A stretch of DNA of 64,000 nucleotides from a virus. Lineage: Duplodnaviria; Caudoviricetes. The notes under the pieces are model-generated. The model saw only the letters and a list, made by a program, of their open reading frames with translations, did no database searches and was not told the DNA's origin. Where the stretch lies: positions 98,951-162,950 of the IMG/VR virus record IMGVR_UViG_3300031992_000021; one strand, 5' to 3'. How positions within the stretch are numbered: position 1 is the stretch's first letter; every line of letters starts with the position of its first letter. Positions 8,952 through 17,542 of the stretch are shown one piece after another. The translations under genes were made by a program, and so were the position numbers.

Positions 8952-10508
8952 TCAGGCCTTTGCCGGCTGATCTGTCTGTGCGGCAGGGAACATTTTCCTG
9001 ATCCTGTCCTCAACCATGCCCTGCCCAAAGCTTGTATTCTTGGCAAGTGAAGACAGAATGTTGAACAGCCACCCGTCCTTCTTGAAGGTGCGTCCTATGT
9101 AGTCGTCAATCATCTGATTGCCATAGCTCTTGAACGCATCGTCATCGCGGAACTTCCCGATCATCATGTCCTGGAACCTTCCGCTAGACATGAGCTTGTC
9201 CTTGAAAGCCGGGGAATTATAGGAGTTCGACGGAGTCTTCCACCACGTCTTGAACTTGTCCCACGCCCCCATGCCTTTAGATGCGGTAGACTTGATAGCT
9301 CCGATCGCGGAGTTCACGGCGTCATCGTCTCCAGATACGTAAGCCTTTGTAAGGTTCAGGAGATTTCCGCTGTTCTCCGGCATTCCGAGCGCATCGACGG
9401 CGCCATTGACGATATCATCCTGCGACGCGCCATTGAACCCCAGAAATGCGTCCTTCTCGATTCCGGAACGGTCTATGCGCTCCGCCCCGACGATCATCGC
9501 CCTCTTAACCAAGATTGCTGACAGGGCCGTTTCGGCCGATATTGCGATCTCCTTGTCCTCCGAGGTCTTGTACAGTATCAGAGGCTCGTCCGGATAGCTG
9601 TCCGACTGAAGGGACTTCTTCTTGGCATCGGCCTTGCGCTTCTCCATGATCTTGTTCACTATCACAGCCGAAAGCGCGGCCGGAAGCATGAATGCCCCGC
9701 CAAGCGTCGTGAGCGCGGTGTATGCCATGTTGTCGCCTGCGGCCTGAGCCGACTTCTCTCCGCCCTCAAGGAGCTTTACGTACTCCTCGCGTGCATTCTC
9801 GACATCTTCGTTGGAACGCGACTTCCTGACGTTGTTCACAGCCTCCACGAGCTTTGCCGCCAGATACACGCTCGCAAGACCTCCGGCCGTAAATGCGAGC
9901 GGCCTTACGACGCCAGCGCTGAACATCGCCTTCCCCGTCCTGTCCGGATGGGTTATCATGTCAAGGAAGCCCTCGGCGGACTTCTCCTCATGAGCTACGG
10001 CTACAGGGTCTGTAGGACTTGCGAACCTGCCGTTCACATCCCTCAAGACCGCACCTTCTCCATCCTTCTTGTCGGACTTCCCGCATTCCTTCGTTGCTTT
10101 GTCCTCTGCTTTCTTGACAGAGGCCGCCTTTCCGAAGAAATCAACCTTCCTTCCGTTCACGATGGACTTCTTTTTGGCCTCGATGTCTTCTGCCGACATT
10201 TCCGCGGAGGGAGTGACTGCGCCTGGCTTGGACGAAGCCGCAAACGTCTTGGCGAAGTCATCCGGAGTGGGAAGCCCGCTCATGAACGACTCTTTCTTGA
10301 CCGGAACGATTATGACGTTCCTCGCCTTTCCGAGATCGGTCAGGTCCTTCTTGTCTTTCTTCGCCTTGAGCCTGCTCATTACGACCCCTGCGCCGGCGGC
10401 AAGAGTGCCTGCGCCAAGTGCCGCCTTGAGATACTTCATGAAGATTGCCTTGTCCGCATCGGACATCGCCTTTTTTTCTACTGGATTGCTCATTCTACAC
10501 GCCTCCAT
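8952..10508 (-). CDS. Hypothetical membrane-associated/virion protein
   Basis: 518 aa with three hydrophobic Gly/Ala helices separated by EKxA motifs (EKKA, EKSA x2, EKDA). Confidence 0.65.
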   Translation of the reverse strand: MEACRMSNPVEKKAMSDADKAIFMKYLKAALGAGTLAAGAGVVMSRLKAKKDKKDLTDLGKARNVIIVPVKKESFMSGLPTPDDFAKTFAASSKPGAVTPSAEMSAEDIEAKKKSIVNGRKVDFFGKAASVKKAEDKATKECGKSDKKDGEGAVLRDVNGRFASPTDPVAVAHEEKSAEGFLDMITHPDRTGKAMFSAGVVRPLAFTAGGLASVYLAAKLVEAVNNVRKSRSNEDVENAREEYVKLLEGGEKSAQAAGDNMAYTALTTLGGAFMLPAALSAVIVNKIMEKRKADAKKKSLQSDSYPDEPLILYKTSEDKEIAISAETALSAILVKRAMIVGAERIDRSGIEKDAFLGFNGASQDDIVNGAVDALGMPENSGNLLNLTKAYVSGDDDAVNSAIGAIKSTASKGMGAWDKFKTWWKTPSNSYNSPAFKDKLMSSGRFQDMMIGKFRDDDAFKSYGNQMIDDYIGRTFKKDGWLFNILSSLAKNTSFGQGMVEDRIRKMFPAAQTDQPAKA

Positions 10509-10510
10509 TG

Positions 10511-10900
10511 TTATTTTTCCGAGTCTTCGGACGATGCCGCTCCAAACTCGACGTATTCGACGTACTTCATCCAGTACGAAGTCCCGTCCTTTCTCTGGAC
10601 AAGATCCTTGTGGTGGTCCACTATGACCTCCATCCTGGATGCCTTTTCAAGAAGTTCAGTCCAAAGCTTCTCGTACTCCTTGACCTGCTTTGCATTCGAC
10701 AAGTCGAATATGCGGACGCACACCTTCTTGATCTTGACTGATTCCGTCGGCTTTCCGCCGGTTGCGTTGTCGATCAGCTTCTGGTATGCCGCCTTCTCGG
10801 CGCTGCTGCTGAAAAGGCTTTCAGGCGTAATCATGCTACGCCCGGAACCAGACATCGGGATTCCGCCAGGAACGGCTATCGAGGAAAAGCCTGACATCAC
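10511..10900 (-). CDS. Hypothetical phage protein
   Basis: 129-aa ORF overlapping the upstream stop (GTGA). Confidence 0.65.
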   Translation of the reverse strand: MMSGFSSIAVPGGIPMSGSGRSMITPESLFSSSAEKAAYQKLIDNATGGKPTESVKIKKVCVRIFDLSNAKQVKEYEKLWTELLEKASRMEVIVDHHKDLVQRKDGTSYWMKYVEYVEFGAASSEDSEK

Positions 10901-11403
10901 TCGCCCCTTTCGTCAAGTGCCGCAACGAGCGCGTCGTACTTCTGCCTGTACTCCTCCGGAGTCATCTTCTTGTAAGACCGTTTAAGCTCGTCTCGCATTG
11001 ACCTGACCCTGTCCATCCACTTGGCGTCCTCGAGCTCGCGCTTCCTGTTCTTGAACATGGCCTCGATCTTCCTGTTCATCTTAGTCTTCGGATCTTCCTG
11101 CTGAAGACTGTCCTTCAAGGTGTTGTACACTCCGCCGGCAAGGGCTCCCGTTCCCGCTCCTGCGGCAACCAGGTTCATGATGCCCTTGGGGACTGCCGCA
11201 GCGGCCCCGAAGAGACCCGATGCACCGGCAGCGGTAAGCCTTCCTGCCGTCTTGAGTCCAGCCAGGAACTTTGCCACGCTGAACGCATCCTTCTCCATTT
11301 CAGGAATGATTTCATTGGCCTTTTTCTCAGTCATTAGGCCCGTAAGCATCGATGCGAAGAATATGTCGTCCGCATGCTCTTTTCCCAAGATTTTCTCTAC
11401 CAT
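10897..11403 (-). CDS. Hypothetical glycine-zipper protein
   Basis: 168 aa; AGAGTGALAGG; EKKA and EKDA motifs. Confidence 0.65.
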   Translation of the reverse strand: MVEKILGKEHADDIFFASMLTGLMTEKKANEIIPEMEKDAFSVAKFLAGLKTAGRLTAAGASGLFGAAAAVPKGIMNLVAAGAGTGALAGGVYNTLKDSLQQEDPKTKMNRKIEAMFKNRKRELEDAKWMDRVRSMRDELKRSYKKMTPEEYRQKYDALVAALDERGE

Positions 11404-11413
11404 AGATCCTCCA

Positions 11414-11767
11414 TTACCACTTGCTGATGGCCGAAACGGCCCCGAAGCCTGTTCCGAGACCTTTTAGAAAGGGTTTGTTAGTGAACGCGCTCGTTATGGC
11501 CCTTCCGAGAACGCCTCCGCCAAGCATCCTTAGCGCATTGCCGGCAGGAGACGTGTTCACAAGCCCGGAATTGATGATCCTTCCGAACGCATCGCGCCTC
11601 TCGTCCGGAGTTCCGATTCCTCTGGCCTGTGCCACGCCGATTGCGGCGAGCACGTCGGAAACGGTAGGAGGCGGATTGCTGTAACCGACCGTGGGGTTCC
11701 ACGGGGTTGGAGCAATACCGTACGCGATCTTCTCGAGAGCACGTCTCTTGTTTAGACTGACAGACAT
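11414..11767 (-). CDS. Hypothetical glycine-zipper protein (probably leaderless start MSVSLNK)
   Basis: ATG at 11767 lies 7 nt after TATAAT; LEKIA motif; C-terminal GGGVLG..LGTGFGA. Confidence 0.65.
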   Translation of the reverse strand: MSVSLNKRRALEKIAYGIAPTPWNPTVGYSNPPPTVSDVLAAIGVAQARGIGTPDERRDAFGRIINSGLVNTSPAGNALRMLGGGVLGRAITSAFTNKPFLKGLGTGFGAVSAISKW

Positions 11768-11774
11768 GCCAATA

Positions 11775-11803
11775 ATTATATCAGTTTTATCCCATGTCAT
11801 CAA
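11775..11803 (-). promoter_or_regulatory. Sigma70-type promoter TTGATG-N17-TATAAT with extended -10, heading the virion/RNAP operon
   Basis: Minus strand ttgatg acatgggataaaactga tataat tattggc ATG. Confidence 0.7.
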
Positions 11804-12015
11804 TGACTGGGATGGTAAGCGATTGCGATGATCGGAATCATGTCTTCTTCATCCGGCCTCTAAGCATTCCGGCGTCAATATAATGCCAGCATCCGTACTT
11901 CTGCCACGCACTAGGCTTGAATATGCTCCAATTGCGGCACCCGCAGTATAGTCCGCCGAGCCTCCTGTGGACACATCCTCGACATGTCGATCGTCCAAGA
12001 ATGTCCTTTATCAGG

Positions 12016-12393
12016 TCAAACACCGTCTACGTCCTCTCGCTTCACCTCTATGCGGGTTATGTCACACCCCCACTCGATCGCCCGCCTGTTGATGAGGTTC
12101 ACGACGTCGGATAGATCAACGTCAACCCCGAACCTAGTGGTGCTGCACTTGTCCTCGCCGTCATTGTCGAAGTGGATGCTCCATGAGTACCTCTTCCCGT
12201 CGTTTACTCCGGCCAGCGTCTTTCCGATCTTCTCCCTGAGGAGCCTGTCAACCATCTTGTCGGCCTGCTTCTTGATGTACTTGTCGTTCCTCTTGTTGGC
12301 AATCACGAAACCTGACACGAACGCCATGGCAGAGAATACCACAGTTGCGGCTATCGCCACCAAAAGTATGATTATAACAGTAAACCAGGTCAT
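12016..12393 (-). CDS. Hypothetical protein with N-terminal transmembrane helix
   Basis: MTWFTVIIILLVAIAATVVFSAMAFVSGFVIA; GAGGAG Shine-Dalgarno. Confidence 0.65.
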   Translation of the reverse strand: MTWFTVIIILLVAIAATVVFSAMAFVSGFVIANKRNDKYIKKQADKMVDRLLREKIGKTLAGVNDGKRYSWSIHFDNDGEDKCSTTRFGVDVDLSDVVNLINRRAIEWGCDITRIEVKREDVDGV

Positions 12394-12485
12394 TTTAACT
12401 CCTCATCATTACCATTAGCATACGTCCGGATGGATACATACCAACACAGACGTATGCGATATTGTGCATGACTGAATCTGCCTCA

Positions 12486-13037
12486 CTACCGTGAGAACCC
12501 GCGGGAAGATCTTGCGGCCCTGAGAACCGATATGTAAACCTCCCTGTCAACATAGCAGTCCTCGCAGCAGTCCTCGCACTCGGGCAGAGTTGACTTCAGC
12601 CCCTCGGCAAATCCTCCCGAAAGAGCCAGGACCAGCTCCCTGTACTTCCTGACGTCGGGGTATCTGGCCTCTACGATAGAGTATCCGGTGGCCGCCAGGC
12701 CGACGATGCCGGCAACTGCAGACGCCCTCTTCTCGTCAAGCTTCCCCTCGGCGACAAGCCTGTTGCATACCTCCTTTGCCGCGGCAGTCCAAGCCTGCGC
12801 AACGGTCTGGCCTTCCGAAGGCTCGGCCTTTGCCATTGCGTCCGCGACCAGCGACATCGCCGCCAGGGTGTCATCGTCAAGGTCGGCAAGTCCGCATGCG
12901 TAGCCGGTGGCCATTCCGGCCGCCTGTCCTACCGCCCTCAGGGTGTCAGCATCGGGAAGTGAATGGTCGCCTCCGGTCTTGCACCCAGCGAACACGAGCG
13001 CACACGCGCACATCGCAAGAAACGTGATTCTCTTCAT
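12486..13037 (-). CDS. Lipoprotein
   Basis: MKRITFLAMCACALVFAG-C lipobox; AAGGAGA SD; TGATATAAT upstream at 13075-13083. Confidence 0.75.
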   Translation of the reverse strand: MKRITFLAMCACALVFAGCKTGGDHSLPDADTLRAVGQAAGMATGYACGLADLDDDTLAAMSLVADAMAKAEPSEGQTVAQAWTAAAKEVCNRLVAEGKLDEKRASAVAGIVGLAATGYSIVEARYPDVRKYRELVLALSGGFAEGLKSTLPECEDCCEDCYVDREVYISVLRAARSSRGFSR

Positions 13038-13102
13038 TGTGTCTCCTTGTTTAGGTTGTTTACGATACCCTACTATTATATCAAATGTACATGCCCGGCC
13101 TT

Positions 13103-14032
13103 TCAAACCATGCCCATTCCACCGGTCTCGCGCATGAACGCGTAGATCTTCATTTTCTGACCATGCTCGTAGGCGAGGTGGACGCGCTCGTACTCCTCCT
13201 TGTCCTCGAAGTCGTAGCTCTTCGGACGGTCCTTCGGCTCAAGCCCAGCCACAGTAAGGCAGTTGTCTATCAGACCGCAGAACACGCCATCGTAGACATC
13301 CATGTCGCCGCCTGGGTACTCATGGCCGAAGCGGTAGTCCATGCGGAGCGTCAGGGCCTGAAGTACGAGCAGGTCGACGTCCTCCTCCCCCTTTACAGAC
13401 TTGGTTATGGATTCCGCGGCATTCTCCATCAGTTTGTCGACGTCCGGGTTCTCGGATATGAACTTCTTGGCCTCTTCCTGATCGGTAATCCTCATGACCG
13501 CTTTCATGAGCTTGCGGAAAACCGGACCCTTGTCGCGCAGCGAAATGCTGAGAATGTCGTTGTAGGCACGCTCCCAGTCCTTCTCCTGCTCCTTGTCGGC
13601 ATGGTTGGCGAACAGCCAGTACCCTATGGCGAAGCGGTAGAACTGGCGGGCAATCCACCTTGCAGAAGGGTTGTATACAACATTCTCGTCGTAAGGCGGA
13701 AAATCCTCCGGACGAACCAGCGGCATCTCCGCCGGCTGCTCCTTGAGGGCATCCCTGGCCTTGCACATGGCCTTGAACACGTCCCACTCCTCCAGCGACA
13801 CGTGGCAGTCGCCTATCGGATCGCAGTCCCTGCAGCAGCACCCCATGCACCATTGCACTTCGTGGCGCGTCTTGCCCTTCTTGCACTTGGCACTGGATTC
13901 CAACATCTCTCCTCTGGGGTTCTTCTCCGGTAATATGCCGTTGAAAACACCATGGCGAAGCTTGTCGTAGAGCTCCGCCAGAACGTCCTGCAGCTTGTCG
14001 CGCTGCAACATAACTCTCTCTATGTCTTCCAT
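13103..14032 (-). CDS. Hypothetical protein with Cys-rich (zinc-finger-like) segment
   Basis: WCMGCCCRDCDPIGDCH; GAGGAG before MEDIER. Confidence 0.6.
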   Translation of the reverse strand: MEDIERVMLQRDKLQDVLAELYDKLRHGVFNGILPEKNPRGEMLESSAKCKKGKTRHEVQWCMGCCCRDCDPIGDCHVSLEEWDVFKAMCKARDALKEQPAEMPLVRPEDFPPYDENVVYNPSARWIARQFYRFAIGYWLFANHADKEQEKDWERAYNDILSISLRDKGPVFRKLMKAVMRITDQEEAKKFISENPDVDKLMENAAESITKSVKGEEDVDLLVLQALTLRMDYRFGHEYPGGDMDVYDGVFCGLIDNCLTVAGLEPKDRPKSYDFEDKEEYERVHLAYEHGQKMKIYAFMRETGGMGMV

Positions 14033-14522
14033 TACAGCTCCTCTCCTGTCACGTCCTTGAACTTTCCTTCTAAGTCGGCGAGTTGCATCAGGCACACGCC
14101 CTTGGCCACCTCCTCCGGATCAACTTCCTTTCCATCTTTGGAAAATATCGTTATTCCACCGATTCCGATAAGCCCGTTCTCCTCCTTCTCGATCTTGAGG
14201 ATCTTTTCGAGCTTCTCAACCCATGTGCCATCTCCGTCTACGATAGCCCTGAATCTGTCTGCGAACTTGGACTTCATCATCTCTTCAACTCCCCGCAAAT
14301 GACAATCAACAGGCCAATAACCTGGAGCGGCCAGAGAATCGAGAGTATGGCAAGACCCCACACCGGAAGAACACCATACCTCTCCGGATGCTTATTGTAG
14401 TGTTTTCGCTGCTTCAGGTCTTCGTTGGCGTTGTATGCGAACCTGAAAACACATATGGCAATACAGACGTACACAATCGCTGATATGCAAAGAACGAAAT
14501 TCATTTTTAGATGTCTCCTATT

Positions 14523-15191
14523 TCATATCTCCGGGAAGTCTGAGAGGTACTGCTTGTCACGGATCCAGTCCGGATACTCAAGGCTTTTCTTGACCTGTAT
14601 GAAGTAGCTCCTGTCGGTTGAGTAGCTTCTGCTGCAGAGCTGGTTGAAATAGTCGGCATGGAACTCGGTGTCGTGCTTCCTAAATTCGCCGAGCCACGCC
14701 TCATATCCATCCCTGAGCAGGATGACGGCATGGGCGCCCCACAGGTTCCCATTTATCCTTCCGAAGCCATCCTTGACGTCGCATAGGGAGTGGTTGTTCT
14801 TGCCATTGTCGTATTCCCTAATGAAGTGCAGATTTCCGAGCGTGATGAGATGAGCGTCATCAGGTATCCCATTCTCTGAAAACAGGGCATCGAGCTTTTC
14901 ATGGCATTGATTCATGGGATAGGCGTCGGACTCGAATATCGTGACGCTCGGCCAATTCATCGCAAAAGCCATGTTCACGATGGAAAAGTGTGACAGTGCG
15001 CATGCGACCATGGGGACACGTTCCGTACTGCACTGCATCAGACCTCTTGGGAAAAGTCCAAAATACTTGCGAGGTAGGTCACTGAATCCGGCGGACCGCA
15101 TGCGAGAACAGAATCTGCCATACTCGAAATCGTCTTTTACGATGACAAACGAGTTCTCCATCATGTTTTCTATCGTGAATTTCATAGTCAA
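14523..15191 (-). CDS. Glycosyltransferase family 25-like protein
   Basis: ACALSH...TIFESDA...WGAHAVIL resembles GT25 GC.LSH / ILEDD / gt.AY motifs. Confidence 0.55.
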   Translation of the reverse strand: MTMKFTIENMMENSFVIVKDDFEYGRFCSRMRSAGFSDLPRKYFGLFPRGLMQCSTERVPMVACALSHFSIVNMAFAMNWPSVTIFESDAYPMNQCHEKLDALFSENGIPDDAHLITLGNLHFIREYDNGKNNHSLCDVKDGFGRINGNLWGAHAVILLRDGYEAWLGEFRKHDTEFHADYFNQLCSRSYSTDRSYFIQVKKSLEYPDWIRDKQYLSDFPEI

Positions 15192-15192
15192 C

Positions 15193-15864
15193 CTACTTCG
15201 TAGTGCACCTCGGGTTCGAGTAGTCGCTGTCGTAGATCACCTCGAAGTCTTCGCTGTCGAAGAACGACTGGGCAAGGTACTTCTTGCTCTTGATCTTGAT
15301 CATCCCGTTCCAGAGGGATGCAGTCTCAAGAGGAATGTCGAGATCCGGGTAGCACTTGCGGACAAGCTCATGGCAGTAGACCGGCTCCGAATGCTTTGCC
15401 GACGTCTCCTCCACCTCGAAATCGTAGTCGTACTTGTTTCCGAGATACGCATGGGCTATCGACGAGGCCTTCCTCGTAAGAGCGTCCATGTCCCTTCCGT
15501 CCTTCTCCACGGGACGCAGGATGGCGAACCCGTCGCACCTCAGGAAGTCGAGAATGTCGATCTTCTGGACTCCTCCGCTCATGGCGTGGATGATGATTCC
15601 GCATCCGATGTATATCCCGGAATGCGAAAACCTTCCAGGAATGAAGTAGCCGTCAAGGTAGTTGCGGTATCGCCTCACGAACACGTCGCCTCTCTTGGCG
15701 AAACTCATGGCCTTCCTTATGCTTGAGGCCTTGACGTCATACCCATGTGGGTCGTATACGATGAACATCGGCCAACGATACACCTTGATCTTGCCAAAAA
15801 CGTTAAGGAAGGCTATCCTTAGGCTCTTGACAAGTCCAAAAAAGATATTTGACAAAACGTTCAT
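15193..15864 (-). CDS. Permuted papain-like NlpC/P60 (YiiX/YebB-like) amidase
   Basis: KRGDVF...FSHSGIY..IIHA...YLGNKYDYDF...YCHELV with His before Cys; ATG 7 nt after TATAAT. Confidence 0.85.
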   Translation of the reverse strand: MNVLSNIFFGLVKSLRIAFLNVFGKIKVYRWPMFIVYDPHGYDVKASSIRKAMSFAKRGDVFVRRYRNYLDGYFIPGRFSHSGIYIGCGIIIHAMSGGVQKIDILDFLRCDGFAILRPVEKDGRDMDALTRKASSIAHAYLGNKYDYDFEVEETSAKHSEPVYCHELVRKCYPDLDIPLETASLWNGMIKIKSKKYLAQSFFDSEDFEVIYDSDYSNPRCTTK

Positions 15865-15871
15865 GCATAAA

Positions 15872-15880
15872 ATTATACCA
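15872..15880 (-). promoter_or_regulatory. Extended -10 promoter TGGTATAAT
   Basis: Minus strand tttggtataat tttatgc ATG. Confidence 0.6.
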
Positions 15881-15916
15881 AATTGGGTGCCATGGAAGAA
15901 GACTTCTGGTGAAAAA

Positions 15917-15991
15917 TGGATGAGGAGGTGTGAGTCGAACACACATGGGGCGATTCAAAGCCGCCCGTACTTTCCGTTGTACTACTCCTCA
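15917..15991 (-). tRNA. tRNA-Gln(TTG)
   Basis: Cloverleaf, loop CTTTGAA, U1-A72, encoded CCA. Confidence 0.9.
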
Positions 15992-15995
15992 ATGA

Positions 15996-16069
15996 TGGTC
16001 GGAGATGAGTGAGTCGAACACTCGCCTTCTGGGCCCAAGCCAGGCGTGCTGCCGTTATACCAATCTCCG
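15996..16069 (-). tRNA. tRNA-Pro(TGG)
   Basis: Loop CTTGGGC, CGG acceptor, CCA. Confidence 0.9.
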
Positions 16070-16070
16070 A

Positions 16071-16146
16071 TGGAGCTGAGTAATGGAGTCGAACCATCAA
16101 CCTGCTGCTTACAAGGCAGCCGCACTGCCTATTGTGCTAACTCAGC
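16071..16146 (-). tRNA. tRNA-Thr(TGT)
   Basis: Loop CTTGTAA, CCA. Confidence 0.92.
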
Positions 16147-16147
16147 A

Positions 16148-16223
16148 TGGTACTCCGAGAGGGGATCGAACCCTCAACCCGCAGATTAAGAATCTGCTGC
16201 TCTACCAGTTGAGCTACCGGAGC
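16148..16223 (-). tRNA. tRNA-Lys(CTT)
   Basis: Loop TTCTTAA, CCA. Confidence 0.92.
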
Positions 16224-16230
16224 ACTTAAA

Positions 16231-16305
<75 letters not shown>

Positions 16306-16308
16306 AAA

Positions 16309-16387
16309 TGGTTGCGGAGGCAGGGATTCGGACCCGCGTGGACCTGCTTATGAGACAGGCGCTGGAACCACTCCAGTCCACTCCGCA
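16309..16387 (-). tRNA. tRNA-Met(CAT), initiator-like acceptor
   Basis: Loop CTCATAA; acceptor TGCGGAG/CTCCGCA-ACCA; lacks GGG/CCC in anticodon stem. Confidence 0.82.
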
Positions 16388-16412
16388 ATGACTTGACTAA
16401 GTATACCATAAA

Positions 16413-16487
16413 TGGCTGGGGAAGTGTGAATCGAACACACATACTCCGGGTCAGAGCCGGATGCACTTGCCGTTGTGCTATTCCCCA
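16413..16487 (-). tRNA. tRNA-Gln(CTG)
   Basis: Loop CTCTGAC, U1-A72, CCA. Confidence 0.9.
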
Positions 16488-16488
16488 A

Positions 16489-16563
16489 TGGAGCATCCAG
16501 CGGGAATCGAACCCGCATCATCTGCTTGGAAGGCAGAGACCCTGGCCATTGGATGATGGATGC
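16489..16563 (-). tRNA. tRNA-Gly(TCC)
   Basis: Loop CTTCCAA, U73, CCA. Confidence 0.9.
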
Positions 16564-16576
16564 ACAAATGCTAAAA

Positions 16577-16653
16577 TGGTTGTCGCGGCAGGACTCGGAC
16601 CTGCGTATGCCGGTGTATCAGACCGGTGCGTTAACCAACTTCGCCACGCGACA
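16577..16653 (-). tRNA. tRNA-Ile(GAT)
   Basis: Loop CTGATAC, T-loop variant TCCGAGT, CCA. Confidence 0.85.
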
Positions 16654-16659
16654 ATTGAA

Positions 16660-16736
16660 TGGAGATCGAGGTGGGAATCGAACCCACATTTTCGGTTTTG
16701 CAGACCGCCGCCCATTCCAATATTGACAACTCGACC
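16660..16736 (-). tRNA. tRNA-Cys(GCA)
   Basis: Loop CTGCAAA, U73, CCA. Confidence 0.85.
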
Positions 16737-16748
16737 TATAATTACAGA

Positions 16749-16830
16749 TGGTGCGCGATGAGGGACTTGAACCCCCACGCCGAAGCGTCTGGACCTAAAC
16801 CAGATGTGTCTGCCGTTTCACCAATCGCGC
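16749..16830 (-). tRNA. tRNA-Leu(TAG)
   Basis: Loop TTTAGGT, long variable arm, CCA. Confidence 0.9.
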
Positions 16831-16837
16831 ATTTCAA

Positions 16838-16911
16838 TGGCAGGAGTTCCTTGAGTCGAACAAGGCTCATCGCTTTTGGAGAGCGAGGCACGGCCGATAT
16901 ACCAAACTCCT
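16838..16911 (-). tRNA. tRNA-Trp(CCA)
   Basis: Loop CTCCAAA, A1-U72, G73, CCA. Confidence 0.88.
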
Positions 16912-16912
16912 A

Positions 16913-16990
16913 TGGTGGGCGATACAGGAGTCGAACCTGTAGAGACCTGCTGTCTGAGAGCAGTATGACTGCCAGTTGCATCAATCGCCC
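16913..16990 (-). tRNA. tRNA-Leu(CAG) with short variable region
   Basis: Loop CTCAGAC, A73, 6-nt variable region, CCA. Confidence 0.8.
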
Positions 16991-16996
16991 GTCAAA

Positions 16997-17079
16997 TGGT
17001 CGCCACAGAGGGACTCGAACCCCCATGCACAAGGCCGGCGGGTTTGAGCCGCCTACGTCTGCCGTTCCGTCATGTGGCG
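16997..17079 (-). tRNA. tRNA-Leu(CAA)
   Basis: Loop CTCAAAC, long variable arm, CCA. Confidence 0.88.
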
Positions 17080-17080
17080 T

Positions 17081-17164
17081 TGGTGCCGAGTGAGGGACTC
17101 CAACCCCCAAGCGCTAGGCGTCGAGGCTTAAACTCGATGTGTATGGCAGTTTCACCAACTCGGC
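17081..17164 (-). tRNA. tRNA-Leu(TAA)
   Basis: Loop TTTAAGC, long variable arm, T-loop TTGGAGT, CCA. Confidence 0.85.
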
Positions 17165-17168
17165 AAAA

Positions 17169-17243
17169 TGGCGGGGTATAGCGGAGTCGAACCGCTCCAA
17201 GGAGATCGACAATCTCCCGTACTAACCGATATACGAATACCCC
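17169..17243 (-). tRNA. tRNA-Asp(GTC)
   Basis: Loop TTGTCGA, G73, CCA. Confidence 0.88.
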
Positions 17244-17251
17244 AATGAATA

Positions 17252-17346
17252 TGGCGGAGAAGCCGCGACTCGAACGCGGACGTGACCTTGCGACCACTAC
17301 TGGCTGTTTAGCAAACAGCTGCCTTGCCAATTAGGCTTACTTCTCC
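17252..17346 (-). tRNA. tRNA-Ser(GCT)
   Basis: Loop TTGCTAA, long variable arm, G73, CCA. Confidence 0.88.
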
Positions 17347-17347
17347 A

Positions 17348-17440
17348 TGGCGGCAGGAGGGGATCTCGAAACCCCACAGGGCTCATCACCCTTACTCGCG
17401 GTGTTCAGGGCCGCTACCTTGCCTTTAGGTTTATCCTGCC
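17348..17440 (-). tRNA. tRNA-Ser(TGA), C33
   Basis: Loop CCTGAAC, long variable arm, G73, CCA. Confidence 0.8.
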
Positions 17441-17444
17441 AGAA

Positions 17445-17538
17445 TGGCGGAGGTGGAGGATCACGATACCCCACACGGCCTTGCGACCGCTACTGGACGG
17501 CTTCCGACCGTCTGCCTTGCCTTTAGGCTTACACCTCC
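17445..17538 (-). tRNA. tRNA-Ser(GGA), C33 and divergent T-loop
   Basis: Loop TCGGAAG, long variable arm, G73, CCA. Confidence 0.78.
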
Positions 17539-17542
17539 AAAA

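Noticed and set aside
12418-12457. Inverted repeat GCATACGTC...GACGTATGC
   Set aside because: Single intergenic hairpin with no U-tract or second copy; no function can be supported
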